Shown: piece by piece, positions 49,545 to 60,705 of the stretch
Position numbering within the stretch: position 1 is the first letter of the stretch
Layout: each line of letters starts with the position of its first letter
DNA from: Octopus sinensis
Lineage: Eukaryota
Direction: 5' to 3'
Length of the DNA stretch: 64,000 bases
Assembly (NCBI RefSeq): GCF_006345805.1
Contig: NC_043013.1
Span: 50,096,001-50,160,000, forward strand
Position numbers and translations under genes: made by a program
Notes under the pieces: generated by a model
Told to the model about the DNA's origin: nothing
Seen by the model: only the letters and a program-made list of their open reading frames with translations
Databases searched by the model: none

Positions 49545-50115
49545 ATGATCATCATCATCGTTTAACGTCCGCTTTCCATGCTAGCATGGATTGGACGATT
49601 TTGACTGAGGGCTGGTGAGCCACATGGCTGCACCAGGCTCCAATTTTGATTTGGCAGAGTTTCTACAGCTAGATGCCCTTCCTAATGCCAACCACTCCGA
49701 GAGTGTAGTGGGTGCTTTTTACATGCCACCTGCACGGGGGCCAGTCAGGCGGTACTGGCAACGGCCTCGCTCGAATCCTTTTACACATGCCACCAGCACA
49801 GGTGCCAGTAAGGCGACCTTGGTAACGATCACGCTCGAATGGTGCCTTTTTATGTGTCACCGGCACGAAAGCCAGTTGGCTGCTCTGGCAATGATCACAC
49901 TCGGATGGTGCTCTTGGCACTCTACTAGCACGGGCACAAGTGCCAGTAAGGTGATGCTGGTAATGATCACACTCGAATGGTGCCCTTTAAATGCCACTGG
50001 CATGGAAGCGGTTAGCCGCTCTGTCAACGATCACCCTCGTATGGTGTTCTTTGCACCCTGCTAGCATGGAAGCCAGTCATCGAATATGATTTTGATTTTG
50101 CTTTTGATTGATTTG
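49545..50115 (-). mobile_element. RTE 3' UTR, diverged subfamily with longer repeat units
   Basis: (CAT)n, conserved tail and ATCACACTCGAATGGTGC-type units. Confidence 0.75.
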
Positions 50116-50439
50116 AATTGATGATGTATTATGATAATGCTTTAATGGAAAATTTATACTTTCTACTAACTGATGCTAGATACAAACCATATGTAACTGT
50201 TCTGACTTACAGATAGATACAAGAATGGAACTTGCCAGAAACTCAAGGACTGCCTATATTCCATCAAACCAACTGAGAGGACTTTCTTCAAAGCCATAAC
50301 ATTAGTCAGATAAATCCCATATTTAATATTGTGTTTGCTTATGTCAATTAATCTAAAGTTGAGTTCAATTGTAATACACTCTTGAGTAGTCCAACCCTAC
50401 ATTTAAAGCTTATTTAACATATTTAAAGTTAAAACTCAC

Positions 50440-50565
50440 CTTCAAAATGTGAACAGCCGTTTTCATCAGAGTAATCAGAGCAATCAATGCGCCTGTTGCA
50501 CCTCATGTTCTTTGGAATACAATCACCATTCATACAGGGAAATGTGTTCAAGGCACACTGGTTTC
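50440..50565 (-). CDS. CUB-LDLa receptor, LDL-receptor class A exon (126 nt)
   Basis: ctctttccAG acceptor, GTgagt donor, phase 1-1; [37 protein letters not shown] has six Cys and the DCxDxSDE motif. Confidence 0.92.
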
Positions 50566-50784
50566 CTGGAAAGAGGACAATTGAAAAACAATACAATAAT
50601 TAAAACAGTTGGTATCATAAACTGGTCAGTTGATCCACTACATCTCTATTTTAGATTTGTTTGGATATGTGTATTTATAGATGTGTGCATACACACACAC
50701 ACACAAATAATGTACAGAAAATAGACTTCTCCACATATCCAGGTGTTGGGGGTCTTTGAAGCAGTAGATAGCTTCCATTACCTA

Positions 50785-51015
50785 TTTCTTTATTACTCAC
50801 AAGGGGCTAAACACAGAGGGGACAAACAAGGACAGACATAGGTATTAAGTTGATTACATCGACCCCAGTGCATAACTGGTACTTAATTTATCGACCCCAA
50901 AAGGATGAAAGGCAAAGTCGACCTCAGCAGAATTTGAACTCACAACGTTGCGCCAGACGAAATACCGCTAAGCATTTCGCCCGGCACGTTAACGTTTCTG
51001 CCAGCTCGCCGCCTT
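50785..51015 (-). mobile_element. SINE family B inserted in an RTE fragment (50740-51560), 17-bp TSD
   Basis: ATAGCTTCCATTACCTA at 50768-50784 and 51016-51032. Confidence 0.9.
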
Positions 51016-51754
51016 ATAGCTTCCATTACCTAGGTGACCGAGTTAGCAGTGGAGGAGGAAGCTCTGAAAACATAGTTGCTTGTAGGTGGGCAAAGTTCAG
51101 AGAGCTACTACTTTTGTTGGTAACATAGGCCTCCCCCTGAGAGTGAAAGGCAGATTGTATGATGCCTGTGTATGAACAACTATACTACATAGCAATGGAA
51201 CATGGGCTGATGATAAGTGAAGGCTTGAAAAAATTTAAGCCAGCATTCTCCATTGGATGGGTAATATTTAGTGTGCATGTAGAGCAGGGTGTAAACGATT
51301 TAAGAGAAAAATTAGGTATAAGAGGCATCAGATGTAGTGGTGTACTATGATGTGTGTAGATGAGGGCAGCTGCATAAAGAAGTGCCAATCTCTAATTGTG
51401 AAAATGGAACCTGTGGAAGGGGCGAATCCAGGAAGACATAGGACAAAGTCATGATGGAGGATCTTCACATATTGAGCCTCACAGAAGAGATAACAAGAGA
51501 CCAGGACTTCTGGCAATTCGCTGCGCTTAAAAAGATACATCAAGCTGAAAAAATCATGGCTAGCCACACATAGGGGCACATCCTTTACACCCAAGACCCG
51601 CCCCCCCCCCATCCGTCCCCAGAAACACATAATTCTGTCCAGTCAGACGCCTTCACAATTCATCTCCCCCACACAGCCATTACCCATTGGAGGCCCCTTC
51701 CACTCTCCCTCGTGTGCTTATCTGTACACTCTCTATGCCCTCACATATCTATCA

Positions 51755-51990
51755 AAAAGGTGGCGAGCTGGCAGAATCGTTAGCGCGCTGGGTGAAATGC
51801 TTAGCTGTATTTCGTCTGTCGTTATGTTCTGAGTTCAAATTCCGCCGAAGTTGACTTTGCCTTTCATCCTTTCGGGGTTGATAAATAAAGTACCAGTTTC
51901 GCACTGGGGTCGATATAATCGACTTAATCCATTTGTCTGTCCTTGTTTGTCCCCTCTATGTTTAGCCTCTTGTGGGCAATAAAGAAATAA
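51755..51990 (+). mobile_element. tRNA-type SINE, family B
   Basis: GGCGAGCTGGCAGAA head, GAGTTCAAATTCC B-box-like motif, A-rich tail. Confidence 0.85.
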
Positions 51991-52642
51991 ATATCTATCA
52001 AATCTTACTCCCAGCTACTTCCATTTCCTCTCAACTTCACTTGCTATCACTGCCATTTCTAAACATTTCCTATAGAACATACCCTCTCTATCCCCTCTCT
52101 ACCAGTTATTCTATTCCCACTGTTCCCTGTGGGCAGGATATCTCTCTCCCTCTCACTTCAAATGTCTCTCTAACTCTCTCCATGCTTCCTCTCCTTCCTT
52201 GCCCTACTGAAGTAATCTAATCTCTCAATTCCACTTCCTCTCTTAGTTGAGGGCTTCTTGTCTTAGGGTTAGGGTTAGGGAAACATGACCTATGTCACAA
52301 ATAAGCAGAAGAATATTGTATAAAGTTTATCACTGAAAAATTTATTGTATTTTGTACATACAAGTATATCGGCCTGTGGGGTACAATGGAATGTGCTCAC
52401 GGACACAATTGCACCTGTGGGTGGGGATTTCCCCTCCCCTATTATACAGAGTAAACTTTATCTAATATAGAACTCAATATGTTGGTCAGCGTGGATGGGC
52501 ATGGTTTTTACATAAAAAGTTGATGTCTTCTCAGAGTTTTACCCTGGGTTTGGTTGTTCATGACAGTTGAGTAGAATATTTGTTTGAAGTTTATGTATAA
52601 GGGAGCGAGTGGTATGGTAAGTGTCTTTGAAAACTAATTTAA

Positions 52643-52862
52643 CCCTTTAGTGTTTAAACCAGCTGTATCCGGCCCAAATATTCTACCCATTTTATGCTCA
52701 AACTGGCCAGAACATGCATCTCACACCTACCCTGCAATGTCATTCTAAAGATAAGCAATTACATCTTTCAAATCTTGAAGGTACAAAATAAAGTCAGATA
52801 AATTTTTTTAAATGTGAATAAATAAGGATTACTTTTGACAAATTAATCTGAACGCTAAAGGG
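52643..52862. mobile_element. piggyBac-type MITE, 220 bp
   Basis: TTAA|CCCTTTAG ... CTAAAGGG|TTAA. Confidence 0.9.
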
Positions 52863-53152
52863 TTAAAGAGTTTGAAATGGAAGATATTGTTGAGGGGATT
52901 GTAAGTATGAATGGGTTGTAACATTCCTTAACTTTATTCCTGCTTGCATTAAAGGAGGTTTAAATTGTTGGGGGGGGGGTGATCTTTGTAGTGGTGTACG
53001 AAGGTCACCTCCAACAATTTAAACCTCTTCTAATAATCAAAACTTATTTGATATTGTTGGAGAGAGGTTCAATTTTTTTGATAGGTTATTGATGGGGTTA
53101 TTTTGATAGGTTATTGATAGGTTATTGATAGGTTATTGATAGGTTATTGATG

Positions 53153-53562
53153 GGACATGTTGGGGCAAGCGAAATCGAAATCGAATTGAAGCAGCCAGGA
53201 TCCCTGGTCTGGTGGTACGTAAAAAGCACTATCCGACTCGTGGCGTAAAAAGCACTATCCGACTCGTGGCCGATGCCAGCTCCGCCTCGTCTGGCTTCCG
53301 TGCCGGTGGCACATAAAATACACCAATCCGACCGTGGCCGTTGCCAGCCTCGCCTGGCACCTGTGCAGGTGGCACGTAAAAAGCACCCACTACACTCACG
53401 GAGTGGTTGGCGTTAGGAAGGGCATCCAGCTGTAGAAACACTGCCAGATAAGACTGGAGCCTGGTGCAGCCTTCTGGCTTCCCAGATCCCCGGTCGAACC
53501 GTCCAACCCATGCTAGCATGGAAAGCGGACGTTAAACGATGATGATGATGATGATGATGATG
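53153..53562 (+). mobile_element. RTE 3' UTR copy flanked by a 49-bp direct repeat
   Basis: Repeat units, conserved tail, (GAT)n; 53046-53094 equals 53563-53611. Confidence 0.85.
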
Positions 53563-53819
53563 ATTTGATATTGTTGGAGAGAGGTTCAATTTTTTTGATA
53601 GGTTATTGATGAGTTCATATAGACAGTAATTTGAATTTATTAGTATAGAAAATATGCATGAATACATATTTTTTTGTATTTTGAAATGGTCTGCACTCCT
53701 TTTTAAAAACTTTTTGGTAAAAACCCATGCACAGAAATACACATTATTTGTGTGTGTGTGTGTGTGTGTGTGGCATGCACGTGCACGTGTGTGTATATAT
53801 ATATGTGTGTATGTATATA

Positions 53820-54194
53820 CACTTGCGTCAGAAATTAATTAGCACTTCTCAAATTTCTACATTAAATAGGTTAAATCAATTAACCTATGAGCTGTTCAAA
53901 ACGTCTTACGCGATGAGAAAACTTAGTATGGTGTGATTTCGGTCCTTGCGAGACGCTACCTATATCTATTAAACAAAGGAATTTGTCTGCATCTGCACTC
54001 CAAGTTGTTGCACTGCTATGTCAACATCATAAGGCTGTAGACTCTCAAACTGCTCTGCAAACAAAGTTACGTCATCGTTCTGCGCAACAGTGAACTCGCA
54101 ACAAAGCAATAGTTCGAGATATGGCCACTAGGTGACAGCACATACCTTGAGTGAAGAGCAAATCAAGGGTGCTAATTAATTTCTGACGGTAGTG
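53820..54194. mobile_element. Tc1/mariner-type MITE, 375 bp
   Basis: Near-identical to 37110-37489; TA flanks. Confidence 0.9.
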
Positions 54195-54226
54195 TATGTA
54201 TACAGTAGAAACAAATTGTTACATAC

Positions 54227-54391
54227 TTTGGACCATGAATAATATATTTAATCTGTCTTGGTTGCGAACCAAACCTTGCAGTCGAATGTAAGCAGCAGAT
54301 AAATTAGGATAATAGTAATATTTAGAATTTTTTAAAAGGTCCAATTTCTGCCCTTCAGATGTATTTCCACAGTGAATGTCCACATGACTGC
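54227..54391 (-). CDS. CUB-LDLa receptor, CUB C-terminal half (165 nt)
   Basis: atcttcAG acceptor, GTatgt donor, phase 1-1, stop-free: SHVDIHCGNTSEGQKL...RLNILFMVQ. Confidence 0.8.
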
Positions 54392-55821
54392 CTGAAGATA
54401 TAAAAAAACAACATATTTGGTTAGCCGAAACAAAATATTTGGAATTTAGTTACACATAATGACTATCAGTAATACTTATTTTTTACTTCCGCTTCTCTTC
54501 TTTCAGAGTTTACTTCAAAGTAAATTAGAAATTATTAAATTTCTAAATATCTCATAGAGATATGTACGGTGGTGGGGCGATATAATAGTTGTATACTGTC
54601 AATTTAATGTGACAGTAGGGGATTACACCACTGTTTAGCCCTAGGAAGCATTGACGCCTCCTGATGGCTTCGACACATTTTTTTTCCTGTGTCCTTATAT
54701 ATTTACGAAGGGGAGACAAATACCCCCAGCAGCCAGGCTTGCATCTAGAGACACGCATGTTTCAGGATCATTGTCCTTCATCGGTCCAGAGTAGCAAAAG
54801 CCTGCTAGCTGCAGATGTCTGTCCCGACTTCGTAAATATATATATCTAATTTTCAGTGAAGTAAATTAATATTTTACAAAATGAAACTCCAAGTGAATCA
54901 ACATAAATCTGAAGAGAATTGGGACATTTCAGGCAAGGCTTTCTCCAGAAAATGAAAGGAAAGTGACTAGTAGACGAAATGATGCAGTAAGAGAAAATAT
55001 GAGAAAGAAAAGATGAAGAAAGGAGTGAAGAATAAGAATAAGTGGAGAATAAGTGGTAAAGAAGAGAATAAGGATGATGGCAATAAAGTGTGAAGATGTC
55101 TGACCTAGAAGACAATATAAGAAAGATGAAAGAAAGGTTGCAAAATGAAAGAATGAAGAATAGAAAATTGTCATAAAAGTGAAATGATGTAGAGATTGGT
55201 GGAAGAGAGAAAAGGTAGCAATTATAAGCAAAAGAAAAAGAAATGATGGTAAGAAAAAGATGGAACAAAATTAAGTAAAAGACGTAACTAATTTTTGCCA
55301 CTGAGGAAAGACACAAGAGAAGCGAGGAAGAACGTTTCTCCTTATATTTGCAAGATAACATTTATTGAAATGTGCCACAGAGCATCGTCATCAATGTCTC
55401 ATTCGCAATATTCTTGGTTATAGTTTGTTCGGCAGCCAGTTTTTTGGATTATATCCCACTAAATGATGGTCACGTTCATGAATTTGATATTCATTTAGCT
55501 ACTAAATATCTCTTGAAAGTTTGAACCAATAGAAATTTACTGCACATCAATGCACACAGCCCACTTTATATCAATCTATTGACATCTTTTACCTCTATCT
55601 CACTCTGACCCATCAGAGATATTTTAGCTGGTGACTGATACCGCCTTTCCTTTCGCACGTCCCTCACTTTTGTATGTACTCTTATACTCACATACATACA
55701 CACACGTGCACATACATCCACCCCTTCTCAGTTCCATATTCTTCATGAACATTACCTTCATGTGCACTCCCCTGATACCTCCTATTCTTCAATGATATTT
55801 TCTTTTCATCTCTGTATGGGT

Positions 55822-56414
55822 CTGTAGCAGTATCTGATATCCTCACTGTTTGAGAGACACGGCAGGAATGATCTCGTTTGAGATTACAGCCATCTTTGGC
55901 TGGGTTGTTTCCTGTTGTGTCCACTGATCTGATTGGTTGACATATGGCGCAGTTCGTCTCTACTTATTTCGTGTCACTGTCCAAAGCCAACCAATCACGG
56001 CCTTTGGTTACGGTCTCGTGACACCCTTTTTCCCAGGCTCTGTTGAGTCACCTCTCCTGTATATAAGGGATTGCTCTCAGTATACTTGGTCTTTCGACTC
56101 CAGACCTTTTGAGGTCTAGTCACTGACCACAGAGCTACTCAACATGTTCCAGTTCCAGCGACAGATGACCAGCCATGCTCCTGCTTCAGCCACGACAGCC
56201 TAGGAAAAAGGGTGTCACGAGACCTTAACCAAAGGCCGTGATTGATTGGCTTTGGACAGTGGCGCAAAATAAGTAGAGACGAACCGCGTCACATGTCAAC
56301 CAATCAGATCAGTGGATACAACAGGAAACAACCCAGCCAAAGATGGCTGTAATCTCAAACGAGATCATTCCTGTTGCGTCTCTCGAACAGTGAGGATATC
56401 AGATACCGCTACAG
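55822..56414. repeat. Foldback: 218-bp inverted arms (55822-56039, 56197-56414) around a 157-bp spacer
   Basis: The arms are reverse complements with scattered substitutions. Confidence 0.92.
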
Positions 56415-56724
56415 GTTTAATCTCAACTTATTGAAATGTGTAAGAGTGCGTCCCAACCCACTAAAGAGCAATTGGTGTTGGTGTGTTTATGTCCCTATAA
56501 CTTAGTGGTTCAGCAAAGAGACCAATAAAATAAATACTAGGCTTTAAAACAAATAAATCCTGGAGTCGATTTGTACAAGTAAAAACCTTTCAAGATGGTG
56601 CCCCAGTATGCCCCCCCCCATCAACTGCAATCTCCTATTTTAATTACAAATAATAAAACTACAAATAATGTGAAAATAAGAAACAGCTCTGATAATGGTT
56701 AGCTGGTCATTTTATTTTACTTAC

Positions 56725-56886
56725 CTTTGGAAAGTGAAGCATTTACAAACAAACTGAAGTAAATTTGCTCGAAGAAATTTTGCCTTGGTTTAGATACCAA
56801 AACCCATACACAGTCATAATAAATATCATAAATAGTTTGAAAGTGGAAATGACCTGAAGTTGTAACTAACTGATATGCGCCACAAT
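56725..56886 (-). CDS. CUB-LDLa receptor, CUB N-terminal half (162 nt); most 5' exon found
   Basis: cttttgcAG acceptor, GTaagt donor, phase 1-1; CGAYQLVTTSGHFHF...YDCVWVL matches the CUB CG..G....CxW pattern. Confidence 0.85.
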
Positions 56887-56975
56887 CTGCAAAAGAAAGT
56901 TAATAAGATGGGTAATGATTGTATTGGGGAAATCAAATATAATTCAGTGCCATATACATTTAAGCATATGCTTAA

Positions 56976-57195
56976 CCCTTTCGTTACTGTATTTATTTTG
57001 AGATGTTCTGTGTTTCTCTCAATTATTTTAGATATAACAAAGAATTTTGTAAAATAACTTAGTTATCATTAAGCTAGTGTTAGGAACATAAATTGTGACT
57101 AAGGTTTGGTGGAAGATTTTAATTCAAAACTTATGAAAACAAGACATTTTACCACAGAGCCAGAGCTGGTTTTGGCCGGCTTAGTAACGAAAGGG
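56976..57195. mobile_element. piggyBac-type MITE, 220 bp, second family
   Basis: TTAA|CCCTTTCGTTACT ... AGTAACGAAAGGG|TTAA. Confidence 0.9.
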
Positions 57196-57850
57196 TTAAA
57201 CTTTCAACAATAAGAATAATCTTTTTTCTCTGCTAGATTGATTCTGTTTCTAACATAGCAATGTATTGTTATATGCATATACAACGAAAGCTTGTTCTTG
57301 CTGTCTTGGCATGACTTTCTTTTGAAGAATACATGCTGTTTTCTTTATTTCTCTAATCCACTACCTAGATACCTATATCTTCCAGCTTGCTTCCATTCTA
57401 CTTGTGACCCTTCACACCACCACCAGTTATCAATAATTTAAATAGCCGTTTGCTGCAAGGTTTTTCTTTTTTTTACTTAGACAACAGCCAAAGACAAAAT
57501 AGAATAATCACCCTAATAACAAGCAGCAATTAACTACCATGCTACCCTCACAGCTTCTACAACTAAAACTCCTGTTAAAGTCCATTGTGTTTCCTCTCTG
57601 TACTCACGGACATCACCCATTTTTTTGTCTTTTGTTTTTTTTTTACTGGTGCCAGGTCACCGACCACTAAACTGGCAACCCCACACAGCTTGCTTTGTGA
57701 GGAGGATTCAAGACCTGTCAATGGATGAACTCTGAAAGGCCAACAGCCATCCAAATACGCAACCCTTGTTACTAGTTATGCTACTTGTTAAGCCCTTATC
57801 TGCTTAAGACAGCAGCAATAATAACAACTCCGCTGCCATGCAGCAATACC

Positions 57851-58081
57851 TATTTCTTTACTGCCCACAAGGGGCTAAACACAGAGAGGATAAACAAGGA
57901 CAGACAAACGGATTAAGTCAATTATATCGACCCCAGTGTGTAACTGGTACTTATTTAATCGACCCCGAAAGGATGAAAGGCAAAGTCGACCTTAGCGGAA
58001 TTTGAACCCAGGACGTAATGGCAGACAAAATACCGCTAAGCATTACGCCCGGCGTGCTAACGTTCCTGCTAGCTCGCCGCC
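57851..58081 (-). mobile_element. tRNA-type SINE, family B
   Basis: CCATGCAGCAATACC occurs on both sides (57836-57850, 58092-58106). Confidence 0.85.
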
Positions 58082-58572
58082 AATGCAATACCCATGCAGC
58101 AATACCCATTTAAAAGAAAGGCTTTGGGAGTGAACCCCAAGGATTAATCAAGAGCCAGAGTTCAATGCTGTAGACAACCCCATTCTGGCAACTCCTGTGG
58201 CCCCACTGGTGCCAAGTCATATTTGGCTTCTGCCCTTCCCTTGGACAAAACTGGTAGCGGTGGAGAGGGGAGATGTGTTGCATGGCCAACTGCTGATATA
58301 CCAGGGTAGTATTATGCACACTTTCAGATTTGCATTTGGGCTCCTGTGGTGTGTGAATAGAGTCAATGAGTCGCCAAGATATATGAAACGAAAAATATGG
58401 TAAAATACTAACACACAGAGAAGCACTGAAAAATAGGTAATATACTAACACACAGTAAAAATTAAAGCAAAACACGTGGGTGAAAAGAATCTCGTGGTGT
58501 GAAGAATTAAGTGTGAAAAACAAACATAGACAACAGCAGCACAGACAACAATGAACCACAACACAGCGTGTG

Positions 58573-58586
58573 GTTGTCATGGTAAC
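58573..58586. promoter_or_regulatory. RFX X-box-like motif GTTGTCATGGTAAC
   Basis: Near-palindromic match to the X-box consensus; GATTGG (CCAAT box, minus strand) lies 27 nt away. Confidence 0.35.
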
Positions 58587-59139
58587 AAGCAGCTAATGCC
58601 ACACTGTCTGTTGATTGGCTAAAGTTACCCAAATTTCCCAACCTTAATTCCAAATAACATCAGATTCCATAATTTACGAGATAAAGTAATTGGTTGATCA
58701 TAATCAAAATTAAGAATTGCATTGATACACCAAAATTGAAAGCAATCTGAGCAAAATTAAGTGGAGGTGGGTGGGGGGATGGAAGAGGGCTCATTTTGTG
58801 AATGGGAAAGACTAGATCCCAAATTCCGATATAATGTGAATCTATAAACTTCTTTCTGTCCAGTAAAATAAATAATACTTATAGTAATATAAGTAATAGA
58901 GCTTAAAATATCCCAAAAATAATTTGGATAAATAACAAACATGGTAGAGTACGACAACACTGACCAACTTTGGCGCTCAGGTACTTGAAATATCTTGTCT
59001 TGAGGTAGCATAGCTATCAAGAGGAGGCATGAATGAACGAAACGGATCTTGATGTGAATTATAGAGCAAAAGCACTTGTTTTAAATGAAGGTACTGTAAT
59101 GACATGATGTTATAAATCTCCTTACCTGTCAGGTATATA

Positions 59140-60075
59140 CATTGAACCGCAAAAGAAATGCGAGAACGTGTGACTGTGAAATATGTTTTAATTTCATTAT
59201 GTCAGAGATAATTTTTGATAAATCTGATAAAGTCAATTTCTTGGATGCACTTTGACCACAGTCCGTGGGTCAGTGTCGTGTGTTCAGGTAGTGGGAAAAT
59301 CCAGCACATCGAGATTGTAGGATGTGACATGGTCAGTACCATGTATGCTTTCCCTGGGTGTTCAAAATGGTCATACACCATCGGTACATGGAGTGCATGA
59401 GGTGGTTAACAAAAGCCATTGGCACCTGTTCCCACACCCTGAAGAAAGCTGCCTCCAGTTCCACGTGGCCTTGGGACTGCCACCTCGTTCAGCTGTCTCT
59501 GGATTTCATCTCACAGGTGTTCATTTGGGTTCAAATCTAGGCCGAGAGCCAGCCATGGCATGGTTCTGATGTTGTACGGATGCAGGAAGTCTGTGGTGTC
59601 TCTGGCTGTGTAAGAGGGAGCATTGTCCGGCTGGAACACATGGCATGATGTGAGGTCTTAGGATCTGGTCAACATAGCGCTGGGCTGATGCCATTCCCTC
59701 AGCCTGTAGCAACATTTTGGAACACATAGGGGCCAATTCTCTGATTCAGGCCTATAGCACCCCAAACCATGATGCTTTGGCCACCCGACACATCTCTCTC
59801 CATGACTCATGCCTCTCTGTAGCAATGTTGGTGCTGTGTAGCCCACTGTAGTCATGCCTGATGGTGAGGGCAGGCCCTCGAGCAGGATGATGACAACGCA
59901 GGTTGTTGGCAGCCAGTCGACGTCGTACCGTGTTGTTGCTGTCCTGTGCCAATGGTCTTGCAAGCTGTCATGCTGGCCAGCCTGAAGCGATCATAGAGGT
60001 GTTGCAGGTGGATGAAGCGGTCCTGCCTGGGCATTGTCACCCACAGGTGCCCTCTGTGGCCTTGTGCTAGAAACA
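59140..60075 (-). mobile_element. Tc1 transposase relic with one terminal repeat
   Basis: TMPRQDRFI, VRRRLAANNL, AQRYVDQILRPH, DLNPNEHL, HSMYRWC; TA|CATTGAACCGCAAAAGAAATGCG terminus. Confidence 0.85.
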
Positions 60076-60705
60076 GCAGTAAAAAACTCAAACCACTAAT
60101 TAGGGATAAAGTCTCGAAAGGAATGAAAATTAAAAACGTTTACCATCTAATTTAGTTCCTAGACCATGGTTTCTGACTAATTCCAGTAAAAAAATATTTA
60201 CTGAGGCCAGTCTTCATCAGTAGGTAGCCTTTAGATTTCAAATATACACACAACTAGATCCACATGTAAACTAGCTGCCTGTATATCCTAACTTTTCAAA
60301 ACCACTGTGCAGATGCAGTTTATTTCCAGTAATAGGGGGGATGCCAGTAAAATTCCGAACAAATTTATAAAAAAAAATTTGAACATAATAAATAATATTA
60401 GGGTAATAAGAATTATAGAAATTATTATTACCAGTGACCTAGCACACAAAAGAAAGTCAATAGACTATATATTATTCACATAAAAATATCGTGTACATTA
60501 AAACACATTAAGAGGCTTCCAAATAGGAAATGGCCCCTAAAAAATTATTGTGGACTTCCAATTTACTGCATTTCATCTGTGCACCTCTAGAAATTTTATA
60601 TGGACCCCAGTTGAGAACCTCTGATGTAAAGTATTTTGACCCATTTTTACTCCCAACTACGTAACCTATACAGAGCAAATTTTACCCCCAAAGATGATGC
60701 AATGG

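Noticed and set aside
48910-49545. Possible alternative terminal exon (ETMKDEHGCVEE...) and plus-strand ORF 48937-49185
   Set aside because: The acceptor phase does not fit the LDLa exon, and another minus frame resembles a decayed LINE RT region.
50211-50290. Open stretch ending in a GTAAGT donor (KVLSVGLMEY...YLS)
   Set aside because: Poor acceptor and a phase 0 end incompatible with the phase 1 TM exon.
52330-52620. Possible Penelope GIY-YIG relic (RCNC, YIGL)
   Set aside because: The motifs fall on opposite strands and are too short to support the call.
54846-55361. 171-aa hydrophobic ORF
   Set aside because: Reverse complement of purine-rich low-complexity sequence (similar tract at 46245-46470).
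58110-58580. 156-aa ORF with a Cys-rich hydrophobic start as the receptor signal-peptide exon
   Set aside because: Low-complexity TGT-rich start, no convincing phase 1 donor, and the distal part looks like retroelement sequence.
59126-59173. Candidate 48-nt upstream receptor exon with a strong CAG|GTAAGG donor and phase 1 end
   Set aside because: Lies almost wholly in the Tc1 terminal repeat, and the peptide has no signal-peptide or domain features; exonisation cannot be excluded without RNA data.
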